Shown: positions 34,127 through 46,899, counted from the whole stretch's first letter. The stretch is DNA of 62,461 nucleotides, filler included, from Sphacelaria rigidula (GCA_964200075.2; 11 parts of 11 records of this genome joined end to end with filler, not necessarily neighbours in it); one strand, 5' to 3'. The notes: generated by a model from the letters alone, not told the origin. Numbers and translations are program-made.

Positions 34127-34210
34127 TTGCTGCTTTCCACGACGATCTGACTCGAATTTTCGAGCAACAAATGGCCCAAAATACCCCCCCCCCTATCGTA
34201 GGATGACTCA
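34127..34210 (+). mobile_element. MITE family B, right end (contig start)
   Basis: TTGCTGCTTTC.ACGACGATCTG.CTC...CGAGCAACAAATGGCCC...CCCCTATCGTAGGATGACTCA. Confidence 0.85.
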
Positions 34211-37070
34211 GACAACAATACAGGAACGTCCCTGACCGGTTTGGAGCCCGCAGTCAAGTGCACGCAAAGTCAGTATAGTATAGAACACTATGTATTCGAC
34301 GAGCACCTTTCAGTTTCCGTAGTTGCATGCACGCTGCTGATGTCTCTGCTTCGTGTTTCCCAACAACACTACAGCTACAGACAGTGTGAAGCTATTCTGG
34401 CAACGCGAGAAGGGCCAGATACGACCGAACGACTGCGAGCGGAATCTTTACTTCCAAAAACAAATGGTTGACTTCTTGAGCTCTCCGGCTGTTCGTATAA
34501 CCTCCTGTGATATCTGGAAACCCGCGAATGTTCCTGGACTGTCAGCCGATTAAACTGTCCCGAGGCGGACCACGGTCGCAATACAGTAAACCTGGATACA
34601 GTAGTAGATTTCAATATTCAAACCTGTACCGGTTGTTTTCGCTGAGTACGACGGCAAGAAACAGTGAGCCGGTATGTGTTGGCCGGCGCTATAGTAAAGC
34701 ACGGTTACAGCAGGCTGTGGTAACACACATTTTCGGTCTATTTTGACGTCGCGCTCGCCTAGTACAGTACCGCCGTATATTGCGAAATCTGCATGATAAT
34801 ATGTTCGCTTTGCTACACGACAGCGGTCGTCACACATCTGCCCCAACTTGGCGACGAGATTAAAATACTGTACTCACGTGGTTCTCGATACCGATGGAGC
34901 ACCGGGTTCCTCTTGGCGTTCTCAACGAGCTTCTTCGACACAGCAAACGCTCTTGTGAAGAAACGGTTACACACCAAGCCGTCAGAAACATACATCGACC
35001 CCATGTTTTTACCGGGTTTCTGGTACGGCACGTGCTCTCGTTTTCTTTCGAGTCAAGCCGCCCGTATGCCCACATGATTCGATGCTCCGCTCCGTGGGTT
35101 CAACCGAGGTCGCGAACACGAGGCGGCCCGCCTCTGTAATAGGCATAAACGCACTCCCCACACTAATTCCTCTGGTGAGTGGGTGTTTGAGAGTAGGCGA
35201 CGTCAACACGTTTATGACAGCATGGGCGGGTTGGTTATGTTTGAACAGCAACGATGAAGTTGGCGTTGTTCCGCGTTTAGATCAATCTTTCCGAGACCAC
35301 AAATCAACATGCCCTGACCGTCACAATATCGCGACACATACCCTGTGATCCTTAGTGCAAGTGGCCATGTGCACCCGAAGCGTGATCAGAGAATGGGACA
35401 CATGTCGACAAATACCGGAATATTTAGGTATTTTCACCTGCCTGACTGGTGGGGTTGTTTCAGCGGTATAGCACCTGACACGCGGCGAGTTGGTCACCAT
35501 TCTACCGTTCTACCGAAAGTGCATTCTACCGAAAGTGGAGCTCATAAGAAAGATATCGTCGTACTAGCTACAAAGTTAGGTATTATCGAAGAACATGGCT
35601 TAATAGTACTCCTGCGAGAGTGATATGACCCAGATACGTGGTCGAATTACGAGTACAGGTGGCTTTGTGGGTAACGTGTACCGATCGTGACCTTCAACTA
35701 ACCGCAGTATTAGGATGTTCTCGCTGTCCCTCGCTCTATCCCCCCCCCCACCCCCCACCCCTCCCTTACACAACCCACTGCACCGCCGCCTGCAGCCTGC
35801 AAATACCACAACAGTGAAGAAGCAGGCGTTGCTGCTGCCTGCCTGCCTTCGAACAGCTTTAAACGATGTCGGCGAGACTCTGTCTCCCCGCAACACGTAC
35901 GACAAGCTTTACATATACGTTGGGATCATAGCGTCGGTCCAGGAGAGGACGGGGAGTGATACCGTTACGGGGGAGCAAATAGCAAAGGAGTTCACGAACG
36001 TGAGTAATGGCATGTGAAAGACGGGGTACTACAAAACCGGGTCTGCATTACACGGGGACGGTAGTGGGCATTGGGTGAAGTTTAAAATCGTATTGTATCA
36101 TATGTGCGCCGCGGGTCATTTATGTTACATCTCGGCACCGAGTCAAGTCCGCTTGTATTGTTGTCAACTAGTTGCCGGAGGGTTTACGACGCGTGTACTG
36201 CATCTCCCACCCCCTCATACACCGAGAAACAACCCAGTGTGCAGCGAACACGACAGACCTCGACCACGTATGTAATGCAGCACGCACGACGGTCGCAGTG
36301 AAGTTGCCGCTCTAGAGCGGGGGGGCGGCGATTCGATGTGGGGGTCGGTACCGTTATTCTGTTCAGCCGGGAGAAGTTATGTACGGTACTAAGGATCATT
36401 TTGAACTTCCACGGACGCTGAAATGGCCGACTCGATTTCACCGCATCTGCTATATGTTTTTCTCCCCGGCCCGTTGGTGTCCCCCCGTCACCGAAAACAG
36501 CTGGGTTTAAATTCTCTGTTGCTAGTGACGATGCGGCACTGGCGAAAGGCCTGCTTCGCCACTACACCGGAAGCAATGAAAGCAATTGCCTGGGCGTTCC
36601 AGACGTCGGACCCCGGTATCGAAATGTATTTCGCTGACGTACCTGAAGAGCAAGGCTTACGGCGATCTACACGCCGAACCCGCAGCGCAATCAATCGCCG
36701 TCAATACGCTCGTAAGGTATGCACCGCCGGTACATCCAGTCGCTTGTTGTGATAATCTCAAGTTAACTTTCATTAATTCGCCGCACCGAAGGATGACGAG
36801 AGTGTGTCATGTGGTATGTGTCCTGTTTGATGGACCGCCAGGAGCATTATCCAGGGTATAACTACACATGCCCCCCTCCCTCCGCTCGAAGCAGTCTATT
36901 TTCAAAATTGAAGATAGTATTTTTGGTAGAGGACGAACCCCGGCAACCTTCATGAACGTCGAAAAGGTTTCGAAATTAAATACAAAAGCGTTCTCCGGCT
37001 GTGATGTGCGACCTCACTCATCGTAGTGTTCGGTACCAGAATCACTGGAGGACGATATCGTTCCGTGTAA

Positions 37071-37733
37071 ACACCGGAGGTCACGAATTGCAGATGGCTG
37101 TTTTCGAGGATGAGCGAGGCCACTTTTCACAGGCGGAGAGTGCAGATGTGTCTTTATTTCGAATGTATCGTGATGCTTACGAAAGATCTCAAGGACGGTA
37201 CCCAAACAACATTCATCCTCGATTTTCGACCGTACCACGACAGACATTCGAGGGCGAACAAGAAGACACCCACACCGAAATATTGCGATCGGATGACCAA
37301 AAACGCCCGGATCGAGCACAACCTGGTGGAGAGAATCGAGAGCGTGGTGCCTCCTCTTGCTTGGATGGACAGGTTTGAGGAGTGACTGCCGTTAATCTGT
37401 AGCCCGGCCGCCGCCCGAGCTAAGGTGCTCCGTCTATATCGAGACCACGTAAGAATGCGCCGCCGTGTGCGTAAATATCACTGCACACTAGTCGACCTGT
37501 CACAGAATGTGGTGCGACGTGTGGTGCGACGTTTGATGTTTTCGATTCCGATTTCTGTGAACAGCGGCGTGCACAAAATGATAGACGGTACGTACGGGTT
37601 GGAAGATCTCCAGCTGTTCGTGGGGGACTATATATCGTCCGTGGACAAGACGATATCAGAGACGGGAGAAAGCCTGCCGGCTGAAGAACAGGAAGGCGAT
37701 GCCATGAAGGAATTCGAGGCGGTCTACAAGTGA
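37071..37733 (+). pseudogene. Unknown intronless ORF broken by one in-frame stop
   Basis: ORFs 37110-37385 and 37425-37733 share a frame and are separated only by TGA at 37383-37385; about 220 codons in total; no domain recognised. Confidence 0.45.
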
Positions 37734-39269
37734 AGACTTCCACGGCCCTTGGAGCTGGTGCGTTACTCCCCGTCGATAGTTGACTTTATTCTAGGAAAGT
37801 TGAGACATATATTCGCTGTCGCGAGCTGATCGGTGACCGGCCTCGATGCTCAGGCACGGAAGTCAACTGTATCTTTTCCTGTAGTACTGGTTGAGGAGTG
37901 TAAAACACCACCGCCTGTATACAAGCAAAAATAAAGGTCGTGTTCCCTGATTGCCGTAGCGGCGGGTCTTTATGCAGGTGTAACAGGTTTTCGTTTGTGA
38001 GAGGTGTCATGAACTCTCACCAATCTTTCCAACTGCCGCCGGGCTCGTTTTCACCCTCTATTTCTCGACAGCATGATATCGGCGGCGTAGTGTATGTGGG
38101 CCCAGGGTTGCTCCCGTCGAAGCTGCCGGCCGAAACGACCCCGCCGACATTGCTGACTCTTGCCGCCGGTGCTTCTGCTGAAGAGGTCGTGAAAACCGCC
38201 GTGCAGCCGTTCGGATACACAGCGGAGGTGAGAGTGCCTCCGGCGACCGAAACGGTGTTCATATCGAGTCTTGTTTACTTTTTTCTTGGCCGTCCGAGGG
38301 TCGCACAGTGAGGACAAGGTGGTGATCCGACTAGCGGGCACCTACGCACCAGTTTTAGGTTTTTCGCATATTTCTTGACGCATTTGCGAGTCAAATATAG
38401 TTTCCCTGCACCATACAAGAGAATACCCTAAACTGTACAGGCCCATCACCTTGCCCGGATTTTTGCTTTGTATCTTTGTACTATATTTCCGGTTTAAAGC
38501 ATATCTTGTTTACATTCGGTGCTTGCTTCGAACGAATGAAAACAAATACTCGAGCCCGAAAATGGCCGCACACCTCCCTTTCTAAACTCCAGAGATGAAC
38601 AACATTCTGAGAAAACAACGAACGATAATCACAATCGCGAATCAACCACTACTTTTACGTATTACCGTGTGTAGGACCCTACTGCCTTCTTCACTGACGA
38701 ACCTTGCTGGTAAAACCAGCGCTGTTCGGCTCGACAACGGCCAAAACCTTCCACGAGTGCTTCGAAATAGTAGGATAAGTGCGATGCTCGGGTATATTCC
38801 GGCCCATTTCAAGTAAAGAACTCGGTTTTCTATCTTTACGTCGGCTGAGTCTGCCCTCTAACTTCGTAATGAACCCATCAGTAAAGCCGTCACAACGACC
38901 ATTATACCCAGACAACGTATTATTGCCCTTCAGTGCCCTAAATTATAGGACAGGCGTGTGAGAAGACCATCACTCGGGGGTCGTCTTGTCATCTCCCACC
39001 CTTCTAGTCGCGACGCGGAGATTTCGAAGGAAACGGGCATGGCATGCCAAACAGAATGCCTATCGCGCTTTAAATCCTTTGTTTGGGATCATGCAGAGTG
39101 TGTATCGCTGAGAATCTGAGGGGTGGGGTTTGTCGCGGGATCTCGTACCATCGTTTTCACACGTTGACGGTGAACGCTTTCTCTCTTCGCGACGTGACTA
39201 GGAACCGCGTCTCGCGCATTCACCTTCGCCGCGCGTGCTATCCAATTTGGTCACAGTTTTCGAGTCTAG

Positions 39270-39616
39270 ATCAGATCATCAGGCTGCACGTGATCGCGAA
39301 ACAAGGCCAAGACGTCGCCTATCCGGACATTCCCGTCTGGGGAAAGTATAAAATAAGCGACACTCCGGAGGACGCCCTTTATTCTATCGACCAAGTTGTA
39401 GAGGAGCAGTCTGTCCACCTCATTTTGGTAGCTACCAACGAACAACTCAAGAAAATGTTGGAGCCGGGCAAGGAGACGAGTAAAGCAAAGGCGGCGTTAT
39501 ACCTAGAAGCGGCGGAGACATGCCCATTTTTCTACCTCACGTGGGAAGCAACGGTCGATGATGAGGCCATAGACATTTGTCGCAGATTCCCCATGTACAA
39601 CTTGCCGCCGCTGTAG
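39270..39616 (+). CDS. Unknown protein-like ORF segment
   Basis: QIIRLHVIAKQGQDVAYPDIPVWGKYKISDTPEDALYSIDQVVEEQSVHLIL...CPFFYLTWEATV has globular-protein composition; family not recognised. Confidence 0.35.
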
Positions 39617-39713
39617 GCAGCGAAGGCGGAGATAAGCACGCTCTCATTGCTTGTGTACCAACACCTCGCGTGCGGAGCAGTAGATTAGCGGCGAAGAAGC
39701 CTGTAGTCATTGG

Positions 39714-39813
39714 NNNNNNNNNNNNNNNNNNNNNNNNNNNNNNNNNNNNNNNNNNNNTTAATTAATTAANNNNNNNNNNNNNNNNNNNNNNNNNNNNNNN
39801 NNNNNNNNNNNNN
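39714..39813. other. Artificial contig linker 7
   Basis: Same 100-bp spacer. Confidence 0.98.
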
Positions 39814-39879
39814 ATTTACGTCAAGATTTTGCCTCCCGAAACCATGCACTTTTGGGGGGGGGGCTATCGTAGAAAGTGT
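39814..39879 (-). mobile_element. MITE family A, terminal fragment (contig start)
   Basis: ACGTCAAGATTTTGCCTCCCGAAACCATGCACTTT-G(n)-CTATCGTAGAAAGTGT. Confidence 0.9.
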
Positions 39880-41348
39880 CACATTCGCCTGTCGAGCTCA
39901 CGAATGCGAAGATGGATTTCTCTCTGCCTCTCCTTTTGGACAGGACGCGCCGCTGCGCTCTGAAAAACATATCTTCGAAAAACAAGGTAATGGTGATGTC
40001 ACCGCCACTACTGTTCCTTGTCACACACATGCCAGCAAGGGTGGTGGTGCGGCCATAACAAATATACTCAATTTGAACTTGGGGGTGATTTTCGTCGTTG
40101 ATTTTACCCATATCTGACCCTTTGGGTGCCCGACAAGAACAGCGTGCCACACGCTAGTTGAGGGGGGTGTATGAGACATCAAACACTTGTAGAGACCTTC
40201 TTGACATGCCGAGTGAAAAAAGGTACCTATAGCGGTGACCTTACTACTACTAGTGTAGCGCATAGGGACCCCTGAATGCTGCAATCTGGAGCACACGCTG
40301 GTCGCGTGAACACCTCGGTACAGTACGAGTAGCTTTCCAAAAATATTCCGATGTGAGGTGATCATGCATTACAAGCTGGGACGAGAGTGCTCTACGATCA
40401 ATCACTTGTCGTTGCATTTGAGACCCACGCCATCAACCGCAGACAGCAAAGGTCTTGTGGCCTCCACGCAACGCTGTCGGTAGTACGGCAGGCAAACCCG
40501 ATGATAGCTACATTTTGTTGCTTCACTGTACTTACTCTCGACCGAAGTTTGCAACAGGTATGAAAGCTAAACGGTTGATTTTTCTCAACTACATCCACAC
40601 AATTTAAACGGCTCCCAAGACCTGAGGGAGGGCGGCTTCCCTGTCCCCCCACCAGGTATTAATGAAGGACGGCAGAGTTTTTACAACCGCATACAACACT
40701 AATGGGGGTACGGAGAGTTTCTTCTACATGAAAATACGTACTTTCCAACCTGCAAAGCGTTTCATGCGCGTTGTTTTCTAGTACGAATGGTAACTTGTCG
40801 ATTTCTGTTTGGTTCTCCACGGACTGCCTGATGCCAATCCCAGAAAAGTTTGGTATTGCTGTTCGACGGTATCTTCGCGTGTTTAGCCGGACCCGAGGCG
40901 GCCATCTTTAGGGCTGGTTTGGAAAACTAACAAAATTTTCGTGTGACCCAGCTCGTATTTGTCCGCGGTGAGGGATCAATCCACCTTTCTCAATGCCGTT
41001 ACATCCTCAGGTTTGCGCTTCAAAATTTTGCTTTAGATCAGCACTCCCCCCCGTCACCCATCGGTATTCATCAATCGAACGAATGACCCTGACCATTATC
41101 CACAGACATGCGTAAATGTAATGCCGTGCATGGTGGAAAAGTTATATACTGCTACCACCCCGTATCGAAAATATTTCCCCGTCGAGGTGAGTCCCCTTGC
41201 ATCCCATGCACAAACATTACTCATTCCGCGCGACTGATACAGTAGTTCTTCCTCCCTTGTTTCTTCCAGCGGCTCTTTTTTCTCTCATGAGCATCTAGAT
41301 TTAGTGTTGCATTGTCGAGTCTCTTTCAATGCTCCCCCCTGCTGCTGA

Positions 41349-41498
41349 TTACGAAGGCGGTGTTGTTTCCGCTCCAGATTTTTCTTGGTCGTCTGTTTTG
41401 GCCGCGGGAGCATGAAGCCCCTCGTCTTCCTCCTCAATCACGTCAAGCACGTGGCTGGTGAAGTTGCTATTCGTGTACACGCAAAGCTCCGCTGCTAT
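41349..41498 (-). CDS. hslV: HslV/ClpQ protease subunit, last exon
   Basis: GCAG acceptor; IAAELCVYTNSNFTSHVL matches the HslV C-terminal IA.DIC.YTN.N motif; acidic tail then TAA. Confidence 0.9.
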   Translation of the reverse strand: MAAELCVYTNSNFTSHVLDVIEEEDEGLHAPAAKTDDQEKSGAETTPPS

Positions 41499-41548
41499 CT
41501 GCTCGTCAAGACGGAGGAGGAGGGGTGCGGGGGGGTGGGGGGTGCAAG

Positions 41549-41632
41549 GGGGTGCACTCATGATCTTGCATGCCGTAGTCAAATGCTCATTAACCTCGCA
41601 TCACTACAAAGCCGGGACGGAAGACGCTGGGT
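41549..41632 (+). mobile_element. Repeat family C in the last hslV intron
   Basis: GGGGTGCACTCATGATCTTGCATGCCGTAGTCAAATG...ACCTCGCATCACTACAAAGCCGGGACGG. Confidence 0.8.
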
Positions 41633-42529
41633 TGTTGAGTCAACAAAATGTCGGTTCAAGAGATGAACGGCCCACCCTGGCGGTCCAAGGTTCGAGTCGA
41701 ATAGAAGACGAAGATTTCCCTTCAACATCACTCCAGAAGACCTCGTTTCGGAACGTAGATCTCGCCGCCTATCCCACTCTGTTGTCCGCTGTTGCAGGAT
41801 TCCACTATCCCACGCCGCGTCTGTTCGGTGCACTCGTGTTGGTCAGCAAGAGATGAGAGGGGATGACCGCAAAACAGTACTTCCTGCTACGCAGAAGCAT
41901 GCCCCCTTCCGTGAGTGCTCAAGTAGTATACTGGTCATCATGAAAAGAGTAAATCGCTATGGAAAGGGTAAAATACCGCTGGGCCGCGAGGTGGGCACAA
42001 TGACTTAGGGGCTGATTTCCGTTGTACTAAGGTAAACCAGCTGGGCGCGGCGGCCATGTAGAGTTCGAATCACTCTGACATAGACTGGGCTCGAACAGCG
42101 GCAGTATCAAAGTTCGTTCATTTCCATTGAAATACCAGAAATAGCCTAGCTGATGATAAGGGCGCGAACATAGTTTTCCTTCGAGATTTTTCCGATTCAT
42201 TTCTAAAATTAAAAAAAAAAAGACTTGATGGTGATCTCCGAAACTGATATAATCTCACTTTTCATGAAAACATCTCATTCGATCGATCCCAGCAAGAACC
42301 AGTGAATCAACCCCCGAGGTAAGCTATACACATGGTCGATAGATGAAAAAAGTAACGAAATGTACTTTGGGGGCAAAGGCAGTCTGGTTTTACCCGTCAC
42401 AAGTTGACGATATTTTGTACCATCACAGTTACACACATCTGTCTCGAGCTCGCTCTGCACCGCATACTTTCCGTAGAGTCAGGGGTGGGGTAGAAGGCAT
42501 AACTGGAAAAAATATGAAAAGAACCATAT

Positions 42530-42709
42530 TGTAATGCGTGAGAGGACCGCATCGGCATTTGAACATGCCCTATGGCTAGGGTTAGGGTTAGGGTTAGTAT
42601 TGGGGTTAGGTTCAGGGGCGTGGTCCCTGCAGGTACTGGCCCGATTGGTTTTGAAAAAAATCGACCCTGAGGTGTTTCGAACTACAATGCGGTCCTCTCA
42701 CGCATTACA
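42530..42709 (+). mobile_element. MITE family T (TTAGGG-carrying) in hslV intron
   Basis: Perfect 23-bp TIR TGTAATGCGTGAGAGGACCGCAT; ATAT on both flanks; internal CTAGGG(TTAGGG)2TTAG. Confidence 0.9.
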
Positions 42710-43049
42710 ATATCATGAAGCCTGAACACACTAATATTTGTTCAACGAACGAAAACAGCATAGAGCTTACTAAGAAGAACCAAGACCAAGACTAAAACAT
42801 GATAGGATAAAAGACAAGAGCGATATATATATACATATATTCACAGATTTATTTTTTACGCGCTATTTTTGTCAGTCAGCATCAACCGTTGCACCCAATA
42901 TACAAAATGCGCACGGTATTCGGGGTGGACAAAATAGAGGGGCCTGGCTGAAGAGACAGTAGAGCAGAAGCCGTTGAATAAAAACAATACTATGCAACAA
43001 ACATGTGTCATTTTGTACCTTCCCACGCGAATGTAGCAAGTTGATCACT

Positions 43050-43190
43050 CCTACAGACAATATATGACATTGTTGAAAAATGTGCTGCGTACAGTGTCGA
43101 ATCTATCGTCTACTGCAATAGACCCAATATTCCATACTATACGCAGAAGACTTTTTTACAATCTAATATTTTGTCATTATCCAGGGTGTG
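43050..43190 (+). mobile_element. MITE family P in hslV intron
   Basis: AAAAATGTGCTGCGTACAGT...ATACTATACGCAG...TATCCAGGGTGTG. Confidence 0.65.
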
Positions 43191-43344
43191 CAAAACAAAA
43201 AACACAACACGTGAACGAGACTCCTTCATTGACAAAGTCACTGCAAAACACACGAACAATACGTAGCCAACACACGAACACTAACCACGACCACAACCAC
43301 CGCCACAACAACAACAACAACAACAACAAGCGCCGTAGTATCAC

Positions 43345-43412
43345 CTCCATAGACTTCATAGCCACTTCTTCCGCACTCAAGTCCTCCTGGCTCATCAGTG
43401 CGCGAGCCGCAG
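43345..43412 (-). CDS. hslV: HslV/ClpQ exon
   Basis: ACAG|...|GTGAT; (S)AARALMSQEDLSAEEVAMKSME matches HslV A.AAARAL....LSAEEI..K.M. Confidence 0.9.
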
Positions 43413-43759
43413 CTGTCGAGCAATAGTACCACGAGACACGCACGCCACAGGGCATAAGGGGAGAGAGGATCAAAAGCTTGCACGACTGCAAAAGACACTG
43501 CGTGGCGGCACGTAAAACAAACAGCTTTTCATTGCAAACCTACCAACGCATATACATACTACAGCCTGATTCCCTCGACGAAAGGCCTACAGTATGTACA
43601 GGGTCGTCGACGCTCGTCGATGGCCCAACACTGTTTGCTCAAGGCGAGGAGGACGTCACTTGCAACAGACTGGCAAATCGTTTGCACAACGCGCACACAT
43701 ACCGCACACACATGCACCCACACCAACACAACCCGCGGTTTGGATCATGACCGCCGGAA

Positions 43760-43985
43760 TATTTTGCATACTGGAGCTACGCGCGGACTGGAGTATTGCA
43801 TGTGATGGAGGGTAACACATGCTGGGGGTGTTACGCATGCTGGAGTACGACACTGGAGTACATGACATGCTGGGAAATGACACATCATGATATAGCCTGC
43901 GAGACATACTGGAGTATGGCCCTGGAGTTACATCTGGAAAATGACACCACGATACTAGCCTACCACATATTTTGGAGTATGACAC
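43760..43985. repeat. Degenerate CTGGAG(TA) minisatellite in hslV intron
   Basis: Repeated (A/G)CTGGAGTA-like units. Confidence 0.6.
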
Positions 43986-44131
43986 AAGCGCGCGATCAGC
44001 CTTGCTTTACTCCCCGCAAACACACACAGAACTCACACAAAATACAGACGACAGCAAGACAAATCCTGCGCACCAACACCGATCTGAATAAAAAAACAGG
44101 GCTGCAATACAAAACAGAGGAAAGCACTCAC

Positions 44132-44161
44132 ATAAAGCGTAAGGCTGGCCGGATCCCACAG
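44132..44161 (-). CDS. hslV: HslV/ClpQ 30-nt microexon
   Basis: ATCAG|CTGTGGGATCCGGCCAGCCTTACGCTTTAT|GTGAGT = (A)VGSGQPYAL(S), carrying the conserved GSG motif; phases match both neighbours. Confidence 0.88.
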
Positions 44162-44890
44162 CTGATCCCAAGAAAAACGCAACACGCGTCACCATATATC
44201 ACAAGGATGTATGCGACGAGATTTTCGAGAGAACCAAGGATATAATACACAGACGCACACACACACACAGCGGGAACAGAGTTCTTGAGCGGGGATGGTG
44301 GAAATAGGGGAGCACGGAGAGCAAGGATATACCGGTGTTGGGGTCACGGTAAGGGATCGATGACGCGACATGTGTACAGCACCGTCCTGGGTTCAACGAC
44401 GGAAACCGTAGCTCCGACTTATTTTCCGAATGAAAATGGTGCTGATTCATCTTACGATTCACCGTGGCGTTCAAACTGTCGACATTTCTCAGGAAAAAAA
44501 AAAGAGAAAGGAAAACGCATCTGCCGAAATTTGAAATTCGAATCGGCAATGTTCCCCACCCTAATTGATCTCTCTTGTACCGGGGCGCCATGAGCCATTT
44601 ATTGTTGCTACTGTTGTAGCAATTAGCCCAATTTTCGGTCTAGCCTACTTTTTTTTAGCGAGTGTCTCTGTCTCTGTTTCCGACTCACATTAACTTAGGT
44701 ACGTGCATCTATTCCGCGACAGGTACGGCTGTATGATGAGACTCGCAGCGAATCAGCCAATGTGCGACAATCAATCCATCAATCGCGTGAGAGCCGGTTC
44801 TCAAAGAGTCGACGTTCAACATCCCAGCACTTCGCACGGCGGTGGTTCACAGACTCATCAATAACCTCCAACACATTACACATGACACAC

Positions 44891-44975
44891 CTATAACACC
44901 GACATGCGGCGCGAGAACATCCCCCAGCCCCGATACAGTCAGCGACGTCTTTCCGTCCGCCACGATCACAACAGC
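44891..44975 (-). CDS. hslV: HslV/ClpQ exon
   Basis: TCCAG|...|GTGTGT; AVVIVADGKTSLTVSGLGDVLAPHVGVI matches HslV A.L.VAD...SL...G.GDV.EP..G.I; upstream exons lie beyond the contig. Confidence 0.9.
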
Positions 44976-45400
44976 CTGGAGTACGACAAAATAAAAGACC
45001 GCGGCAAGATGCACACAGAGCACATGGATTGCGGAGAATGACATGATGTGAATAGTGGCAACAGGGTACACTGGAGATCGTCATGGATAAGTACATAATT
45101 TAACGCCGACGAGGTATGGATAACGACAGACATACAATTTGCCATTGCTGACAACCCTGCCGACCCAACCCCAACACTCAGGTATCGGGAGCTCCGCATC
45201 AGAGATCGGACGCAGTACCCAGGAAAGCTTTTGCTGCTGACGACGGACGACGGAGATCAGGCGGCGCCACGAAAACAAAGCTTCGGTAGATAACACAACA
45301 AAAACGAAGCTTTGGCAGAAGAAACCGAAAAGGAAAACTTTCACACGTCGGACAGATCAGTTTCTATGCGATCCAGCTCCTACAGGTGAAGTATGAACAC

Positions 45401-45500
45401 NNNNNNNNNNNNNNNNNNNNNNNNNNNNNNNNNNNNNNNNNNNNTTAATTAATTAANNNNNNNNNNNNNNNNNNNNNNNNNNNNNNNNNNNNNNNNNNNN
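45401..45500. other. Artificial contig linker 8
   Basis: Same 100-bp spacer. Confidence 0.98.
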
Positions 45501-45638
45501 GGATATCGACGTGTAGCTGTAAGTACACGCAAGTGATGGAGGTAGAGAAAAGCACACGTGGAATAAAAGAATGACTCACTTAAAGCGAACGATCAAAGCC
45601 ACTCTCAATCGAAGATCTACTCTCAATCTCACGAAAAC
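45501..45638 (-). mobile_element. MITE family G, partial (contig start)
   Basis: GGATATCG.CGTGTAGCTGTAAGTACAC...AGCCACTCTCAATC...TCTACTCTCAATCTCACGAAAAC. Confidence 0.85.
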
Positions 45639-46221
45639 GTTGTTAATTGTCCATTCATCAAGTCGGGAGTAAAAACTAATGATACCACTTTCACACGCGA
45701 TTGGACTTTCGCGGACCGGAATCACTTGCACATGTGTACATGACAACGGGATAGCGGTGAGGCGGGCATCGCCATGTTTTCCGACGACGAGTTCTCTAGC
45801 GCACAGAGGCGCGTGCTGTTCAAAAGACAGACAGGAAGGAATCGATGTCTGCACTGATCAGCGCAACAAACAACACACGAATACATCACTTAAGATGCGG
45901 TAACCCGATCTAATTCTCAGGCTGTCCAACTCACCTCCTACCGCTCTTGTGCCGACAAAAGGGTTGGCAAATTGGGTATGTGGTGATAAGCTGATGCTGA
46001 TCTCCCAAGCGATTTGGAATCCCCGAACGAGGACACACAAAGGAAACGATCGACGAGCTTCCTCTCCGCCATTGCTCCTCCGGTGGCATCGTCATCGGCA
46101 CATTTGTACAGCGTATTAATTGAGTGCACCCAGTCAGATCCGCTCAGGTTTTGACAGAAACAAACTAGCCGAAGTTGTTTGTTGCTCCACCTATTTACAC
46201 ACAAATGGGCAGATTCCAGAA

Positions 46222-46330
46222 CAGTCATGCTACGATAGAAGGGGTACTTGGGGGCATTTCTTCCACGAAATTCCACTTCACATTGTCGTTGAAAACAGGA
46301 ACGGCTGTTCGAACGAGCTTTTTACCGATA
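46222..46330 (-). mobile_element. MITE family B, one end
   Basis: CAGTCATGCTACGATAGAAGGGGTA...GCATTTCTTCCACGAAATTCCACTTCA is the reverse homologue of 54700-54779. Confidence 0.7.
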
Positions 46331-46899
46331 CATAACGCTCATACATACTGTTGTTCTTGTTGTCTTCACATACAAAATCGTTCCGATATCTGCGCGGTAC
46401 ATTCACACTAGGCATCTGGTGGTGCGGACGCCTTCCGTCGTCACAGGCTAGCTACCTATTATAAGGTATGACGGAATCTAACAAAAACAAAAACGAAACA
46501 GACCTAGATTAAAACTTACAAAACGCGATACAAGCAAAACAAGGATAGTAATAGAGAAGAAAGAGAATACATATGGCTGATCTCAGAAGATCCGGTGCCG
46601 CAGGTGGCCATTCGAACTTCAGGAGGTGGCACCTGGCATTCCCACTCGACGACCGAGGCCAAGTAGAAATGAACATAGGGTGCGACTAGGGGCGAGACTC
46701 AAGGCCCCAAATACCACCAACCAGAGAAGTAAGAATCGCAAGGTTCCAGCTTTCGACCTCTGGGGGGACAGCCATACGTACAAGCATACCAGGTGTATCA
46801 AGACAAGCACTGCATGACATAACGACACCCCTCATCGGGGGGGTTCACCCCCCACCCCCTCCCTTCTCTGGACCGTCATCATTGCTGTGTTATGTGGGC

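Noticed and set aside
29617..44975. Protease gene cluster (Deg + HslV)
   Set aside because: The two genes are on different contigs joined artificially; the proximity is meaningless.
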